Shown here piece after piece: positions 20,188 through 31,900 of a stretch of DNA of 64,000 bases (positions within the stretch are counted from its first letter, which is position 1; the number at the start of each line of letters is the position of its first letter). The translations under genes were made by a program, and so were the position numbers. This DNA is from Verrucomicrobiota bacterium. Lineage in GTDB: Bacteria > Verrucomicrobiota > Verrucomicrobiia > Limisphaerales > AAA164-E04. The notes below the pieces were generated by a model that saw only the letters and a list, made by a program, of their open reading frames with translations, was not told the origin of the DNA and searched no databases. The stretch is from the NCBI GenBank assembly GCA_047947115.1, contig CP170459.1, positions 5,408,001 to 5,472,000 on the forward strand, read 5' to 3'.

Positions 20188-20940
20188 CTACCGTCGCCCG
20201 TCGTACCACATGAACCAGAATCCACGCCTCTTGCGGACAAAAGGGTAAAGGAAAATGGAAAAGAACAGGGTCTTGAGAAGTTCAGTCTTGGAGTAGAGAT
20301 TTATTTTTCTGGCGGAAGTTTTCAAAGGATGCCGGGTGAGAATACGAAACGTCAATTGGCGGCTTCTCCCCCAGCGTTTCAGTTTCTGACTCAGAACCAG
20401 TTCTTCGCCGGTATAGCAATCCAAAGGGAACCCTCCAACTGCCTTGAAGGCATCAGCCCTTGCGTAAACGAAGGAACCGGCCGCCCATTTCATCAGTTGG
20501 CTGGTCCGATTCCACATGCGCAGCCAAAGCATCCAGAACCAGTGCAATTCGGCATCCATGGTCATAATGGCACCACCTCCGACGATCCGCCCTGAATCCA
20601 TGGCATCGCACATTTCCTCAAGGAGACCGCCGAGGGGAACTGAATCCGCATCGATGAACACAAACCAATCACCAACAGCGATCGAAGCCCCTGTGTTGCG
20701 GGCGCGGGAAATCTGGTTCACTTTTTCAAACACCACCCGCGCACCGTGTTGTTCGGCGATTCGGGCGGTGTCATCCGTGGAGTTGTTGTCGCAGACGACA
20801 ATCTCCCAAGCCACGTTCCTGACCGTCAATACGTCAGCTGCACAGCGAATCCCTGCCAATGTTTCCGGCAGTAATTTGGCTTCGTTGAAGGCTGGAATGA
20901 TAAAACTGATCAATGGTTTGCTCACAATCTGATGCAACAC
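20188..20940 (-). CDS. Glycosyltransferase family 2
   Basis: ISFIIPAFNE, VCDNNSTDDT, ARNTGA, FIDAD, VGGF. Confidence 0.92.
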   Translation of the reverse strand: MLHQIVSKPLISFIIPAFNEAKLLPETLAGIRCAADVLTVRNVAWEIVVCDNNSTDDTARIAEQHGARVVFEKVNQISRARNTGASIAVGDWFVFIDADSVPLGGLLEEMCDAMDSGRIVGGGAIMTMDAELHWFWMLWLRMWNRTSQLMKWAAGSFVYARADAFKAVGGFPLDCYTGEELVLSQKLKRWGRSRQLTFRILTRHPLKTSARKINLYSKTELLKTLFFSIFLYPFVRKRRGFWFMWYDGRR

Positions 20941-20946
20941 AACCTA

Positions 20947-21837
20947 TCAGTGCCTCACGGGCAGTTCCAAATCAACTGCCAATGACGAAAACTGTGGATG
21001 CCGCAATAAACGGTCCCAGGTTTCTGCTGTCAAAAAGGATCTGGTATGAGGGACTTGTCGTATGGGTTCACCGTTCGTGGAATTCCTGATCTTTTTCAAC
21101 CACTGCTCCTCCAGTAATGGCCCCACCAGGCCTGGATCGGTCGCGGCCACGGTCGTTTCCTCCTTTTCACCCACCTCTCCTCCCCGCCCCACATAAAAGC
21201 CCGCCAGGAGAAGGCCGACGCGTACACTGGTGCTGCGGGAGTAGGTGGCCAGGGTGGCCGGAGTGGTCAGGGCTTCACGCAGTCGATTGAAAGCAGGAAG
21301 GGACCATAACTCGGGGTTTTTGGCCGGGGAGTATGGATCATACATGATGGCGTCAGCCGACCGAAGCTTCCCGGATAAGGGGCCGTAACCATCACGCAAA
21401 TCGCACATGTGCAGATGCCAGTCCAACTCAAGTTGACCGGACTTGAAAGTTACTCGTTGTGCCTTGATCAGTTGATCGAGAAACGATTCAAAACCATGGA
21501 GGTAATCAAGCTTGGCGGCATGATGCAGGGCAAATTCAAGAGGCTTCAGACACCTTTCGAAACTATGCAGTTCCACGCGGGCATTCAGGTCCTGATGATC
21601 CCGTATCAGATTCAACGCATTTCCCGCCCCGCCCAAACCGACGTCCCACACACATAAGGATTCCGTGGCATTCAACAATCGTTGACGAAGGTGCATCGGA
21701 CGAAAATACACACACCGAGCCTCCTCTTGCGCTCCGACCTGAGGATGAAACGTCTCCTGATGCACTTCGGAACGAACTGAAAAACGGCCGTCCGAAAGTG
21801 GCACCAACGAAAAATCAGATGAAAGTTTATGATTCAA
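20947..21837 (-). CDS. MnmC/MnmD-type SAM-dependent methyltransferase (stand-alone)
   Basis: ETFHP..GA.EEA..VY, DVGLGGAGN, DAIMYDPYSPAKNPELWS, LATYS. Confidence 0.8.
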   Translation of the reverse strand: MNHKLSSDFSLVPLSDGRFSVRSEVHQETFHPQVGAQEEARCVYFRPMHLRQRLLNATESLCVWDVGLGGAGNALNLIRDHQDLNARVELHSFERCLKPLEFALHHAAKLDYLHGFESFLDQLIKAQRVTFKSGQLELDWHLHMCDLRDGYGPLSGKLRSADAIMYDPYSPAKNPELWSLPAFNRLREALTTPATLATYSRSTSVRVGLLLAGFYVGRGGEVGEKEETTVAATDPGLVGPLLEEQWLKKIRNSTNGEPIRQVPHTRSFLTAETWDRLLRHPQFSSLAVDLELPVRH

Positions 21838-21937
21838 TAGGTGTGGATGATGCGAGTTCCTGCGAGCTATTCAATGAAAATTCCCCGAGGGAACATCCTT
21901 GCGAACCTTGGGGCAACCATCATAGAGTCACGGGCAC

Positions 21938-22831
21938 ATGCAGTTCATCAAGGACATACACCAAAGCAAATCAGACCTGGGAAAGCCAGCCATATCCTTT
22001 GAGTTCTTTCCGCCAAAAACGGAAAAAGGGGAGTCCTCTTTGTTTTCAAAAACCATACCGGAACTCCTTGCCATTCAGCCAGATTACTGTTCGGTAACTT
22101 ATGGTGCGGGCGGCGGAACCAAAGGCAAGACGCTTGAAATTGTATCTCGCATACAACAGGAGTTTCGCCTGACCTGTATGAGCCATTTGACCTGTGTCGG
22201 TGCCACAGAAGCAGAGATCAGACAGGTGCTGGATGAGGCATCCGAATTGGGCATCCGGAATATTCTGGCACTCAGGGGGGATCCCCCGGGTGGAACCGGT
22301 GATTTTGTGCCTACTGAGGGAGGTTTCACTTACTCAAAGGATCTGGTATCGTTTATCCGTTCGAATTACGACTTTTCGATCGGTGTGGCGGGATTTCCGG
22401 AAGGCCACATTGCATGCAAGGAAGGTCGGGAAGTGGACTGGGAACGGTTGAAAGGCAAGGTCGATGCCGGAGCCGACTTTGTCATGACCCAACTCTTTTT
22501 CAGCAACGAAGACTTTTTAAGATTCAGAGATCATATGGTGAAGCAACTGGGAATGACGCAGACTATCATTCCGGGCATCTTGCCAGTCCTCTCCACCAAC
22601 CAGATAAAACGATTCACCGAACTGTGCGGCGCATCGATTCCAGACAAAATGATGGAAAAACTGAACATGTTGGAAAATGACGACACGGCTGCCACCGAGT
22701 TCGGCATCGAATTTGCCGTTGAACAATGCGAAGAATTGTTGAAGGAAGGCGTGAAAGGATTGCATTTCTACTGCCTCAATAAATCTTATTCGACGGTAAA
22801 GGTGGTTGAAGGCCTGAGCTCATTCCGCTGA
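21938..22831 (+). CDS. metF: 5,10-methylenetetrahydrofolate reductase
   Basis: SFEFFPPK, SVTYGAGG, HLTC, LALRGDPP, AGFPEGH, TQLFF, HFYCLN. Confidence 0.96.
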   Translation: MQFIKDIHQSKSDLGKPAISFEFFPPKTEKGESSLFSKTIPELLAIQPDYCSVTYGAGGGTKGKTLEIVSRIQQEFRLTCMSHLTCVGATEAEIRQVLDEASELGIRNILALRGDPPGGTGDFVPTEGGFTYSKDLVSFIRSNYDFSIGVAGFPEGHIACKEGREVDWERLKGKVDAGADFVMTQLFFSNEDFLRFRDHMVKQLGMTQTIIPGILPVLSTNQIKRFTELCGASIPDKMMEKLNMLENDDTAATEFGIEFAVEQCEELLKEGVKGLHFYCLNKSYSTVKVVEGLSSFR

Positions 22832-22871
22832 TCACGGTTTACATCAAGAGTTTTCAGGGCACATTCACACC

Positions 22872-23774
22872 ATGAAAATCTTGGTGACAGGAATCACCGG
22901 CCTCATCGGATCGGCACTAGGCGAGCATCTCAAAAAGAAGGGGCATGATGTCGTGGGACTGGTTAGAAACAAGTCCCGGGCCGACCAAAGCACATGCTTC
23001 CACTGGGATCCGCTCAGCGAGTTTCTGGATCCTGAAGCACTCAGTCAAGTCGACGGAATCATTCACCTGGCAGGAGAAAACATTGCCAAAGGAAGGTGGA
23101 CACAACATCGCAAAGACCTGCTTGTCCGCAGCAGAGTGGAATCCACCCGCCTCCTGGCCGGCAGGATTCAGTCGATGGATCACCCGCCGAAATTCATGAT
23201 AAACGCCTCCGCTGTGGGCATCTACGGCTCATGTGGAGATCAGGTCGTCGATGAAAAGACGCCACCTGCAACGGATTTCCTGGGGCAACTGGGCGTCGCA
23301 TGGGAGCAGGCCCTTTTTGACCTTGATCCGAAGAAGACCCGAACCATTGCCCTGCGCTTTGGGTTGGTTCTCTCCACACATGGAGGGGCGCTCCAAGCCA
23401 TGCTCCCCTCTTTCAAGTGGGGCGCGGGTGCCGTATTGGGCTCAGGTCGACAATTTGTTCCCTGGATCACTCTCGACGACACATTGCGCGCTATCAGCCA
23501 CTGTATGGACAGGCCGGATGTAAAGGGTCCAGTCAACTGCGTCACCCCTGCCCCAGTCCAATTCCAGACATTTGCCAAAACCCTTGGGCGAGTGCTGCGT
23601 CGCCCCGTTTGGATGCGCATTCCACCGATATTGGTAAGGACGATTTTTGGCGAAATGGGCACAGCCACCCTGCTTTCCAGTTGCCGAGCCCATCCGAAAA
23701 AATTACTGGATACCGGGTTCGAATTTCATCATCCCGATTTGACAGAAGCATTTCAGGATCTTTTGAAGCATTGA
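22872..23774 (+). CDS. TIGR01777-family NAD-dependent epimerase-like protein
   Basis: VTGITGLIG, IHLAGENIA..RW, NASAVGIYG, LGSGRQFVPWI. Confidence 0.9.
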   Translation: MKILVTGITGLIGSALGEHLKKKGHDVVGLVRNKSRADQSTCFHWDPLSEFLDPEALSQVDGIIHLAGENIAKGRWTQHRKDLLVRSRVESTRLLAGRIQSMDHPPKFMINASAVGIYGSCGDQVVDEKTPPATDFLGQLGVAWEQALFDLDPKKTRTIALRFGLVLSTHGGALQAMLPSFKWGAGAVLGSGRQFVPWITLDDTLRAISHCMDRPDVKGPVNCVTPAPVQFQTFAKTLGRVLRRPVWMRIPPILVRTIFGEMGTATLLSSCRAHPKKLLDTGFEFHHPDLTEAFQDLLKH

Positions 23775-23820
23775 AAGGATTTGACTGGTCTCGGTCTTTG
23801 AGTGACCCGAAACTGCACGC

Positions 23821-23846
23821 AAAAAGCGCCCCGGAATACGGGGCGC
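23821..23846 (-). terminator. Rho-independent terminator
   Basis: GCGCCCCG/CGGGGCGC 8-bp stem, then U5 on the minus strand, downstream of the prepilin-like gene. Confidence 0.7.
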
Positions 23847-23878
23847 GTGCAAATGAAAGATGGATCAAAAGTCCGGGA

Positions 23879-24652
23879 TCAACGTCCGCGGAAATCTTCG
23901 TCACCAGGAGCAGCGATCTGAACTTCGCTCAGCTGGGTGTCACGGATACCAACGCGGAGTTTGGAATCGGTGAAGCCCTGGACACTGCCGTCACCAAGAA
24001 CCGTGTTACCGGAGGTATCATGGATGTTCTTGTCATATCCAGGTTCTGGAGTAGGCAAGGGTGGCGGATCGTTGCGACGAGCACGCATGCGGAAACGGAA
24101 AACAATCCCGCTGCTGATATCCGTGCGGTCCGAGTTGGTGATGTTACGATCACCGGACAGCAAGCTCTGCGGCAAGGTTTCGTCAGCTTCGAACCCAACA
24201 AAATAGCTGATATTTTGGTTGGAGTTGAATGCCACCTGAACATTGTCACGCGAACTACGAATGCGGTTGGTGTTCCAGGTACTCGACTCTACGCGTCCCA
24301 AACCGTCACTCGGGCAGAGAACGATTTTGGGAGTCTGAAGTTCGTTGGAAAGCGACAAGAAGTGCCTCCAAACGAGCCCGGCACCGGATCGTAAGTCCGC
24401 TGCACTGGATGAACCACCTTGATCATCCGGCACTGCCATGGGATAAAGATCCCCGTTATCCGTTGCAAAGATGCGGAAGGCCAACCCGACATTCTTCAGG
24501 TTGCTCACACACTTGATTTTCTGTGCCTTGGCCTTGGCTTTTGCCAATGCCGGCAACAGCATGCCCGCCAGAATGGCGATAATTGCAATCACGACCAGCA
24601 GCTCGATGAGCGTGAATGCACCTAGTTTCGTTTTTTTCAAACGTTGGTTCAT
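23879..24652 (-). CDS. Prepilin-type N-terminal cleavage/methylation protein with H-X9-DG motif
   Basis: [50 protein letters not shown]. Start ATG 24652. Confidence 0.92.
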   Translation of the reverse strand: MNQRLKKTKLGAFTLIELLVVIAIIAILAGMLLPALAKAKAKAQKIKCVSNLKNVGLAFRIFATDNGDLYPMAVPDDQGGSSSAADLRSGAGLVWRHFLSLSNELQTPKIVLCPSDGLGRVESSTWNTNRIRSSRDNVQVAFNSNQNISYFVGFEADETLPQSLLSGDRNITNSDRTDISSGIVFRFRMRARRNDPPPLPTPEPGYDKNIHDTSGNTVLGDGSVQGFTDSKLRVGIRDTQLSEVQIAAPGDEDFRGR

Positions 24653-24798
24653 ACTATTATCTGTATTGATATTGTATTGTTTGATTGGGTTGCTCGTGGA
24701 AAGCATGCCCGATGGGCGCATGAGCATCAATTGGGAGTAATCCCATTTACGGGCGGGCGTTACCCCTAGGGAGGTCATTCAATGATCAATCCCAAGTT

Positions 24799-25512
24799 TC
24801 AGTTCTTAGGAAACTCTTCCGCCCCAGTCTCTGCCATCCACAATACGGCAAACCGAACCAGTTCGGCCCTTGATTTGACGTCCAATTTCTGGCGAATGCT
24901 GGTTCGGTGGGCTTCCACGGTTTTGACACTCATGTTCAACTCAGCGGCGATGTCGCGGCTTTCATAGGCTTTCCCGACAAGCGCAAGCACTTCCAGTTCA
25001 CGATCCGTTAACCGGTCCACAGGCGAAGAGGTGGTTTCATTCTGTCGGCCGGTCATTTTGTCCAGAAAACTGTTGGCAACCGTGTCACTGACGAAAACCC
25101 GCCCTTCCAGAATGGTCTGAATTGCCTCCAACAGTCGTCCGGAACCTTCGGATTTCATGACATATCCACGGGCCCCAGCACGTAATACTCGTTCAGCGTA
25201 AAAGGCTTCCTCATGCATTGAAAACACCAGCACATCGATATCCGGCATGACACGGCGCAGGTCTTTGATCAATTCCAGACCGCTTCTCCCCTTGAGGGTC
25301 AAATCCACCAGCAACATGTCCGGTTTCTGCTTTTGTACTTTTTCCAGAGTGTCTTCAGCATTGTCAGATTCCCCCACCACTTGCAGGGCTTCTTCCGAGT
25401 CGATCAATTCCCTGAGGCCAAATCGCGTCATGGGATGGTCGTCCACAATAAACAGGGAAGCGCGGTGTGTTTTGGTTCGAGAGGCCAAGTTTTTCTGACT
25501 TTGAGGGCTCAT
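24799..25512 (-). CDS. NarL/LuxR-family response regulator
   Basis: IVDDHP, LVDL, GARGYVMK, LTDRELEVL...IAAELNMSVKTVEAHR. Confidence 0.95.
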   Translation of the reverse strand: MSPQSQKNLASRTKTHRASLFIVDDHPMTRFGLRELIDSEEALQVVGESDNAEDTLEKVQKQKPDMLLVDLTLKGRSGLELIKDLRRVMPDIDVLVFSMHEEAFYAERVLRAGARGYVMKSEGSGRLLEAIQTILEGRVFVSDTVANSFLDKMTGRQNETTSSPVDRLTDRELEVLALVGKAYESRDIAAELNMSVKTVEAHRTSIRQKLDVKSRAELVRFAVLWMAETGAEEFPKN

Positions 25513-25517
25513 GATAC

Positions 25518-26681
25518 TTAATGGTCTAAGTCATCCGCCTCGACAATAAAAGGGATTTCACAACGAACGGTGACTCCACCGTGATCATTTTGTTCAATTT
25601 GAAGCAATGCATTCAGCAAACTGCTTCGATAATGCATGGTTTTCATTCCAAGTCCGGAATGAGCGTGAATATCACCTTTGCATACGCCATTGTCAGCAAT
25701 CCGCAAGGTCAGATCATTTCCGTTGACCGCCAGGCTGACCTCTATTTCGGAAGCTCCTGAATGCTTGACGGCATTTTGAATGGCCTCCTGGGCAATGCGA
25801 TAAATATGAACGGCAGCATCGTCATCTCGCAGCCGTAATTGCTCCGGCCCGTGAAAACGGATTCGAATGGGTAAAACGGTATCCAGTTTTGAAAGCCAGT
25901 GATTGAGCGCGGCCGGCAAGCCAAGGTCGCCCAACCCGGATGTGGATAATCCCCGAGCCATCGTCTGGGTGGTTACAATGGCTTTACGAACATGGTGCAG
26001 TAAATCATCCAATTTGGAGAACTCCAGGCGCCCGGTTTGCGCCATTCGTCGTTGCATGGAATGCACCAGAAGTTCTACACAGGTGAGCTGTTGACATAAA
26101 TCATCATGCAGATCCCGCCCGAGCTTTTGCTTTTCTTCCTCACTGATGCCGGAAACCTGCCTTTCAAGTTCCCTACGCTGGGTCACATCCAGTAAACCTC
26201 CGACGATTTTATAATCAGACCGGTCACCCGCCGCTCCCGAGGAAACCACCACGGATCGATCCAATACATAGATCCATCTCCCATCGGCGGTGTGAAAGCG
26301 ATACTCCAATTCTATCACCGGCTCATCCCTCCCCGCGGCCATCACTGCCAACACCCGTTTCTTGTCCTGCGGGTGAATCCGTTCTTCCCAGAAGCCTGGT
26401 TCCTCCGTGTAAAGACAGGAATCGTATCCGGTCAAGTGGACAGAGTGATCGGAGATCCAGTTAAATGCCTGATCCAAATTCAATGGGCGAACGTAAACCG
26501 TAAATGGAAGATTCGTAAACAAGGTTGGAACAAAGAAATCATCAGGGAAACCGGCGGGACTGGAAGTTGGAAAACGTGTCAATGGTGATCCATCCCCCAT
26601 GTTCAACCTGCCAAGGCGGTGCTGAATCCAATCCAGCAATTCTTCTTTGGAAAGGTTCTGCAAGCACCGGTCATCCATCAT
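25518..26681 (-). CDS. PAS-domain sensor histidine kinase (HisKA_3 type)
   Basis: PAS (WEERIHPQD...YRF), RDLHDDLCQQL, YRIAQEAIQNAVKHS, GLGM. Start ATG 26681 overlaps the upstream stop. Confidence 0.9.
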   Translation of the reverse strand: MMDDRCLQNLSKEELLDWIQHRLGRLNMGDGSPLTRFPTSSPAGFPDDFFVPTLFTNLPFTVYVRPLNLDQAFNWISDHSVHLTGYDSCLYTEEPGFWEERIHPQDKKRVLAVMAAGRDEPVIELEYRFHTADGRWIYVLDRSVVVSSGAAGDRSDYKIVGGLLDVTQRRELERQVSGISEEEKQKLGRDLHDDLCQQLTCVELLVHSMQRRMAQTGRLEFSKLDDLLHHVRKAIVTTQTMARGLSTSGLGDLGLPAALNHWLSKLDTVLPIRIRFHGPEQLRLRDDDAAVHIYRIAQEAIQNAVKHSGASEIEVSLAVNGNDLTLRIADNGVCKGDIHAHSGLGMKTMHYRSSLLNALLQIEQNDHGGVTVRCEIPFIVEADDLDH

Positions 26682-27460
26682 ATCCACCCCCTCAGCCGGT
26701 AATAGTAGTAACCTATAATCTCGTGTAAGTAGAGATGGAGGCCCTGGAACCTGTCTGACTGAGGGAAAACCTTCCACCGGTAATGCCTCGTGGCAGTGGT
26801 GGTTCCAATGAAATCGCATCCGACAGGAATGGCTTGGACACCATACTTTTTGAAAACCGCCAAGGACCGTTTCATATGCCAGGCAGAAGTGACCAAGGCC
26901 ACTTTTTCCCACTCCTTTTCCACCATCAGTCTGCCCACCTGCTCTGCCTCATCACGCGTGGTTAAACTCCCGTCAAGCAAGTGGATTTCACCCTTGTTCA
27001 GGTCCCAACGTTGCCGCCACTGCTGAAGCAGCATGCCTTCGGAGGATGGCTTCCCCTGAATCCGGTAATCGCTCCCTCCAATCACCAAATGATTCGCCAC
27101 ACCCGTTTCAATCAGATCAAAGGCGGTCAAGTAGCGATCACCGGATTCATTAAGTGTAAACGACAAACGTTCGGCAGGTTGCGGATACATCCCGCCTCCC
27201 AGGAGGACCACCGCATCGACATTCTCCAGCAAGGATGGTTCCGCCTTGAGGTATGGGCTTTCCAAACTGCCCAGTATCATCCCCGACAAGGGTGATGCTC
27301 CAAGAAACCAAACCAGCACCCAGACAATGAACATGCCGATGCCCGACCTGTATGCTTTCAACTTCCAGAATCGCCTGGCTGCCAACAGGAGGATGATCCA
27401 AATCATGGTGAGCGGATCCAGGGCATCGCCCAACAGTTTATTGAGGCTTAAATTGATCAT
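26678..27460 (-). CDS. YdcF/ElyC-family (DUF218) membrane protein
   Basis: AVVLLGGG, TTRDEA, LVTSAWHMKRS, LHEIIG. Confidence 0.9.
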   Translation of the reverse strand: MINLSLNKLLGDALDPLTMIWIILLLAARRFWKLKAYRSGIGMFIVWVLVWFLGASPLSGMILGSLESPYLKAEPSLLENVDAVVLLGGGMYPQPAERLSFTLNESGDRYLTAFDLIETGVANHLVIGGSDYRIQGKPSSEGMLLQQWRQRWDLNKGEIHLLDGSLTTRDEAEQVGRLMVEKEWEKVALVTSAWHMKRSLAVFKKYGVQAIPVGCDFIGTTTATRHYRWKVFPQSDRFQGLHLYLHEIIGYYYYRLRGWI

Positions 27461-27572
27461 GTTGTCACCGAATCATAGTAAGTGTCCTTAACGAGTCAAA
27501 TTTCTCCCTCTAAAAAAATTCCATTGTCATAAGACCGCGTAGCGAACAGTCTTGCGAAGGCCAATCTAAAAC

Positions 27573-28916
27573 ATGAATCTGACCAAGGACCCCGTCCCAA
27601 AACTAATCAAGCAACTCGCTGTTCCAGCGAGCGTCGGATTCTTTTTCAACACCATGTACAACGTGGTGGACACATACTTCGCCGGGAAATTATCCACCGA
27701 CGCCCTGGCGGCGCTCTCGGTCTCTTTTCCGGTGTTTTTTATCCTGATAGCGGTAAGTAGTGGCATCTCGCAGGGAGCGACTGCCATCCTTTCCAATTCA
27801 CTGGGAGCAGACGACCGGCAAGAGGCACAATCCATGGCTGTGCAATCAGTCCTTTTCAGCATGACTCTCGGAGTGCTCCTGATGTTGATAGGATTTGCAG
27901 CCTGCCCGACGTTGTTCAAAATTTTAGGGGCTGAAGGTCCGTATCTGAATATCACCACAAGTTACATGAATGGAATATTGACCGGCACACTGTTCTTCAT
28001 CGGCCAATCCATCGGCAACGCCATCCTCAATGCCCAGGGAGATACCACAACTTTCAGGAACTTGCTGATAGCGGGATTCCTGATGAACCTCGTGCTGGAT
28101 CCATGGTTCATGTACGGAGGCATGGGCCTGCCTGCGATGGGCATCCGTGGCATTGCCCTGGCAACCGTTCTGATTCAAGCGCTGGGGTGCATTTACATGG
28201 CGGTGAAAGTCTCCAATTCCAAACTCCGCCTTCCATGGGGGAGAGCCGCATGGTTTCCAGACATGCAAGCCTGGAAGCAACTGACCCAACAGGGAATCCC
28301 GGCTTCGGTGAACATGATGACTGTTGCGGCAGGCATCTTTGTGATCACCTGGTTTGTGAGCTTTTTCAGCAAGGAAGGCGTCGCCGCTTACGGAATCGCC
28401 ACGCGCATCGAACAAATCATCCTCCTGCCAACCATCGGGTTGAATATTGCGGTCCTGGCTTTGACCGGTCAAAACAATGGAGCCGGAAGAATCGACCGGG
28501 TGCGTGAAATGCGCAAGTTCGCCATGAAAGCCGGCCTGATCATGATGCTGGCTGGAGGTGTGGCTTTGTACTGGAGCGCAGGATGGATGATGCAACGCTT
28601 CACGGATGACACGGAAGTCACACGCATTGGAGCGGAATACCTCAGGATCGCATCCATCACACTTTGTTCCTACGTGATATTGTTCCAGACAGTGTTCATG
28701 CTGCAAGGTTTGAAACGTCCTATGATTGCCCTCTGGATCGGGCTTTATCGTCAAATCCTGGCTCCATGCATCGTTTTTTATTTGCTGGCCTTTGTGTTGA
28801 ACTGGAAGCTTGATGGCATTTGGTGGGGTATCTTTGGAGTGACATGGAGCGCTGCACTATTTACATTAGCTTTAGGCAACCGAATTTTAAATCAAATCGA
28901 TCAAAACAATCACTAA
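27573..28916 (+). CDS. MATE-family efflux transporter
   Basis: YNVVDTYFAG, NLVLDP, GIALAT, AAYGIATRIE, GQNNGA. Confidence 0.92.
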   Translation: MNLTKDPVPKLIKQLAVPASVGFFFNTMYNVVDTYFAGKLSTDALAALSVSFPVFFILIAVSSGISQGATAILSNSLGADDRQEAQSMAVQSVLFSMTLGVLLMLIGFAACPTLFKILGAEGPYLNITTSYMNGILTGTLFFIGQSIGNAILNAQGDTTTFRNLLIAGFLMNLVLDPWFMYGGMGLPAMGIRGIALATVLIQALGCIYMAVKVSNSKLRLPWGRAAWFPDMQAWKQLTQQGIPASVNMMTVAAGIFVITWFVSFFSKEGVAAYGIATRIEQIILLPTIGLNIAVLALTGQNNGAGRIDRVREMRKFAMKAGLIMMLAGGVALYWSAGWMMQRFTDDTEVTRIGAEYLRIASITLCSYVILFQTVFMLQGLKRPMIALWIGLYRQILAPCIVFYLLAFVLNWKLDGIWWGIFGVTWSAALFTLALGNRILNQIDQNNH

Positions 28917-28931
28917 CTATCCATAATCCGT

Positions 28932-31900
28932 ATGAGCTCACAGGAAACCGTGCATCCATCCGCTGCATCCCGTTCACCGGAGGATCAAGAGATCACAAAA
29001 GTGGTCAGCAACGGGGAAGAACTCAAGGAACTGTGCAAACTTGCCGCCACGCTGTCGGGTGCCAATACGGTATTAATCCATTTTTACCGGAACCAACAGC
29101 TTTCGCTCGTTTCAGGGCGCAACTGGGAACCATCCCCTCACTTTCCGGACCTTCCATTTTGCAATCACGTCAAGCAGCAGAGAAAGATGATTGTGGTAGG
29201 CGATGCGCGCAAGCATCCTGAGTGGTCGAAAGATGGGTTGGTCACCGGTCCTTGGAAATTTCGATTCCTGGCAGGATTCCCCATCCACAGTAAAAGGAAC
29301 GACTTTCTAGGTGTTCTCAGCCTGCTGGATTCAGAACCACACAGCCTGTCAATCGCGCAGTCTGAATCCCTGGAAATCATCACCAGACAGATTGCCGGTT
29401 CCATTTTCCTGAGCGATGCAAAATCACAACTGCACCAGCTCTCCGGAGAACACGAGAAAGTCAAGAAAGCTTACGACGATTCAGAAGCGTTTTACCACAA
29501 CCTGGTTGAAAGTCTCCCGCAGCACATCATCCGGAAAGACACGAAGGGACGTTTCTCCTTTGCCAATCAAAACTTCTGCAAGGCCATCGGAAAAACGTTT
29601 GAGGAAATCATAGGCAAAACGGATTTCGATCTCTTCCCTCCCGATTCAGCCAAGAAGTACCAGGACGACGACCGGCACGTCATGGAAACGCACGAAACCA
29701 TCGATACAACGGAGGAAAATGTCGGTTTGAACAACACCAGGAGCTACGTTCATGTCATCAAGACACCGATCTATGATCCGGAGGGAAAAGTGGTCGGCAC
29801 CCAAGGCATTTTCTGGGATGTCACCGACAAAATCGAAACGGAAAAGGAATTGGCGCTGGAACGCCAGCTCTTGCGTTCTCTGTTGGATTCCATTCCGGAT
29901 CACGTGTATTTTAAAGACAAGGAATCCCGGTTTATCCGATGCAGCCGTGAACTGTCCGATCGACTGGGACTTGAAAGCCCGGCGGCAGCGGAAGGTAAAA
30001 CGGATTTTGATTTTTTCAGCGCAGAGCATGCCCAGCCCGCATTGGCGGACGAAAAGAAGATTCTCAGAACAGGGAAGCCCATCATCAACAAGGTCGAGAA
30101 AGAAACGTGGATCAACGGCAAGGTTGGATGGGTCTTGACCAGCAAGATGCCCTATTATGACAAGGACGGAAACATCGTCGGAACATTCGGGGTATCCAAA
30201 GATGTCACCAAGCTGGTCCAAACCGAACAAGCGCTTCGCAAAGCGGAACAAAAGTACCGCGGCATTTTCGAAAACGCGGTCGAAGGCATCTTCCAAACAA
30301 CACCTGACGGGCATTATCAGGAAATCAATCCCGCCTTGGCCCGTATCTACGGTTACAAGTCAACCAAGGATCTTCAAGAATCTCTGACCGACATCCAGCA
30401 CCAGCTGTACGTGGACCCTACCAGAAGGTCCGAGTTCGAACGTCAAATGCAGGAACATGGCGAAGTGCATGAGTTCGAATCAGAGATCTACCGACGCGAC
30501 GGCAAAAAAATCTGGATTTCCGAAACCGCCCGGGCGGTCAAAGACGAGGACAAAAAAATTCTCTACTACGAAGGCGTTGTAGAAGATATTTCAGAGAGAA
30601 AACGGGCCGAAGCCGCTCTTCAATTTGCCAGCGAAGCGGCCATGGAATCCAACCGATTGAAATCCGTTTTCCTGGCCAACATGAGTCACGAGATCCGTAC
30701 CCCAATGAACGGCATCATTGGCATGAGTTCCCTCTTGCGGCAAACCCCCTTGTCTGAGGAACAATTGAGTTTTGCCGTAACCATCGAATCAAGCGCTTAT
30801 GGCCTGCTGCGATTGATCAACGACATCCTCGATTTCTCAAAGATTGAATCAGGTAAAATGACGATTGAGAACGAGCCCTTTTCTCTCGGGGAAAAGATCG
30901 AGCAAACCGTCAACCTTCTCGCCGACAATGCACAGTGCAAGGGATTGGAAATCATACTGAACCTTGCCCCTTCCATACCGACAATCGTCCGAGGAGATTG
31001 CACACGGTTACAGCAGGTGATCACCAACCTCATCGGTAATGCCATCAAGTTCACGCACGAAGGAGAAATTCAAATCAAAATTGAACCGGTCAAAAAAACC
31101 CGTGAAATCAGTTGGATCAAATTCCAAATCATCGATACCGGCATCGGCATCAGGGAAGATGCCCAGGCAAGCATCTTCGAAGCATTCACACAGGCCGACA
31201 GTTCCACTACACGCAAATATGGAGGAACCGGATTGGGACTCGCCATCACACGGCAATTGATCGAACTGATGCGAGGGCAGTTGCACCTGGAAAGCACATG
31301 GGGGAAAGGATCCTGCTTTTGGTTCACTCTGCCGATGGAAATTGAATCGACAGGCAAATCCCGAACCAAACAACCCCGATTTGATTGGAGCGGAAAAAAG
31401 ATTCTGGTCATGGAACCAAACGATCATTCGCAGGAAGCCCTGGCCCCCATCCTGCGGAACTATGGAATGGATTATCATTTTGTCAAAAAGGGGCGGCTCG
31501 GACTGGAGGAATTGACCAAAGTTCAGAGAACCCAGGCGCCTTATGACTACGTGATGGTCAACTCAAAGCTCCCCGACCAGACAGGCATGGAAGCCTGTCA
31601 CACCCTCAAGTCCCTCGGATTGTCACCTGCACCCAAAGTCATACTGCTTTCCAACTACGGAGGCAGACTTCCCAAGCAGGAACTAAAAAAACTGGGCATT
31701 GATCTGACCGTCAACAAACCGGTCACCCAGGGCTCGCTGACTCGCGGACTGAACCGGCTGAGCTGCTCCGAACAGGCAGAAAATGAAACAAAGATTTTCC
31801 TACCTGCCTCACCTACGACGCCATCCGGCATGGATCTGAAACTCATCGACTCTGAAACTGCCCCCTTTGAAATTCTGGTGGTAGAAGACAATCCGGTGAA

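Noticed and set aside
21860..21937. Possible SAM-I riboswitch before metF (GAGGGA...GGCAACC)
   Set aside because: No room or sequence for P3/P4 or the 3' strand of P1; it fits a sigma70-like promoter (TTGCGA-N16-CATAGA) better.
23417..24394. 325-aa plus-strand ORF
   Set aside because: Overlaps two well-supported genes and crosses a terminator.
26682..26912. N-terminal extension of the sensor kinase ORF
   Set aside because: Overlaps the YdcF gene; ATG 26681 has an RBS and an ATGA coupling.
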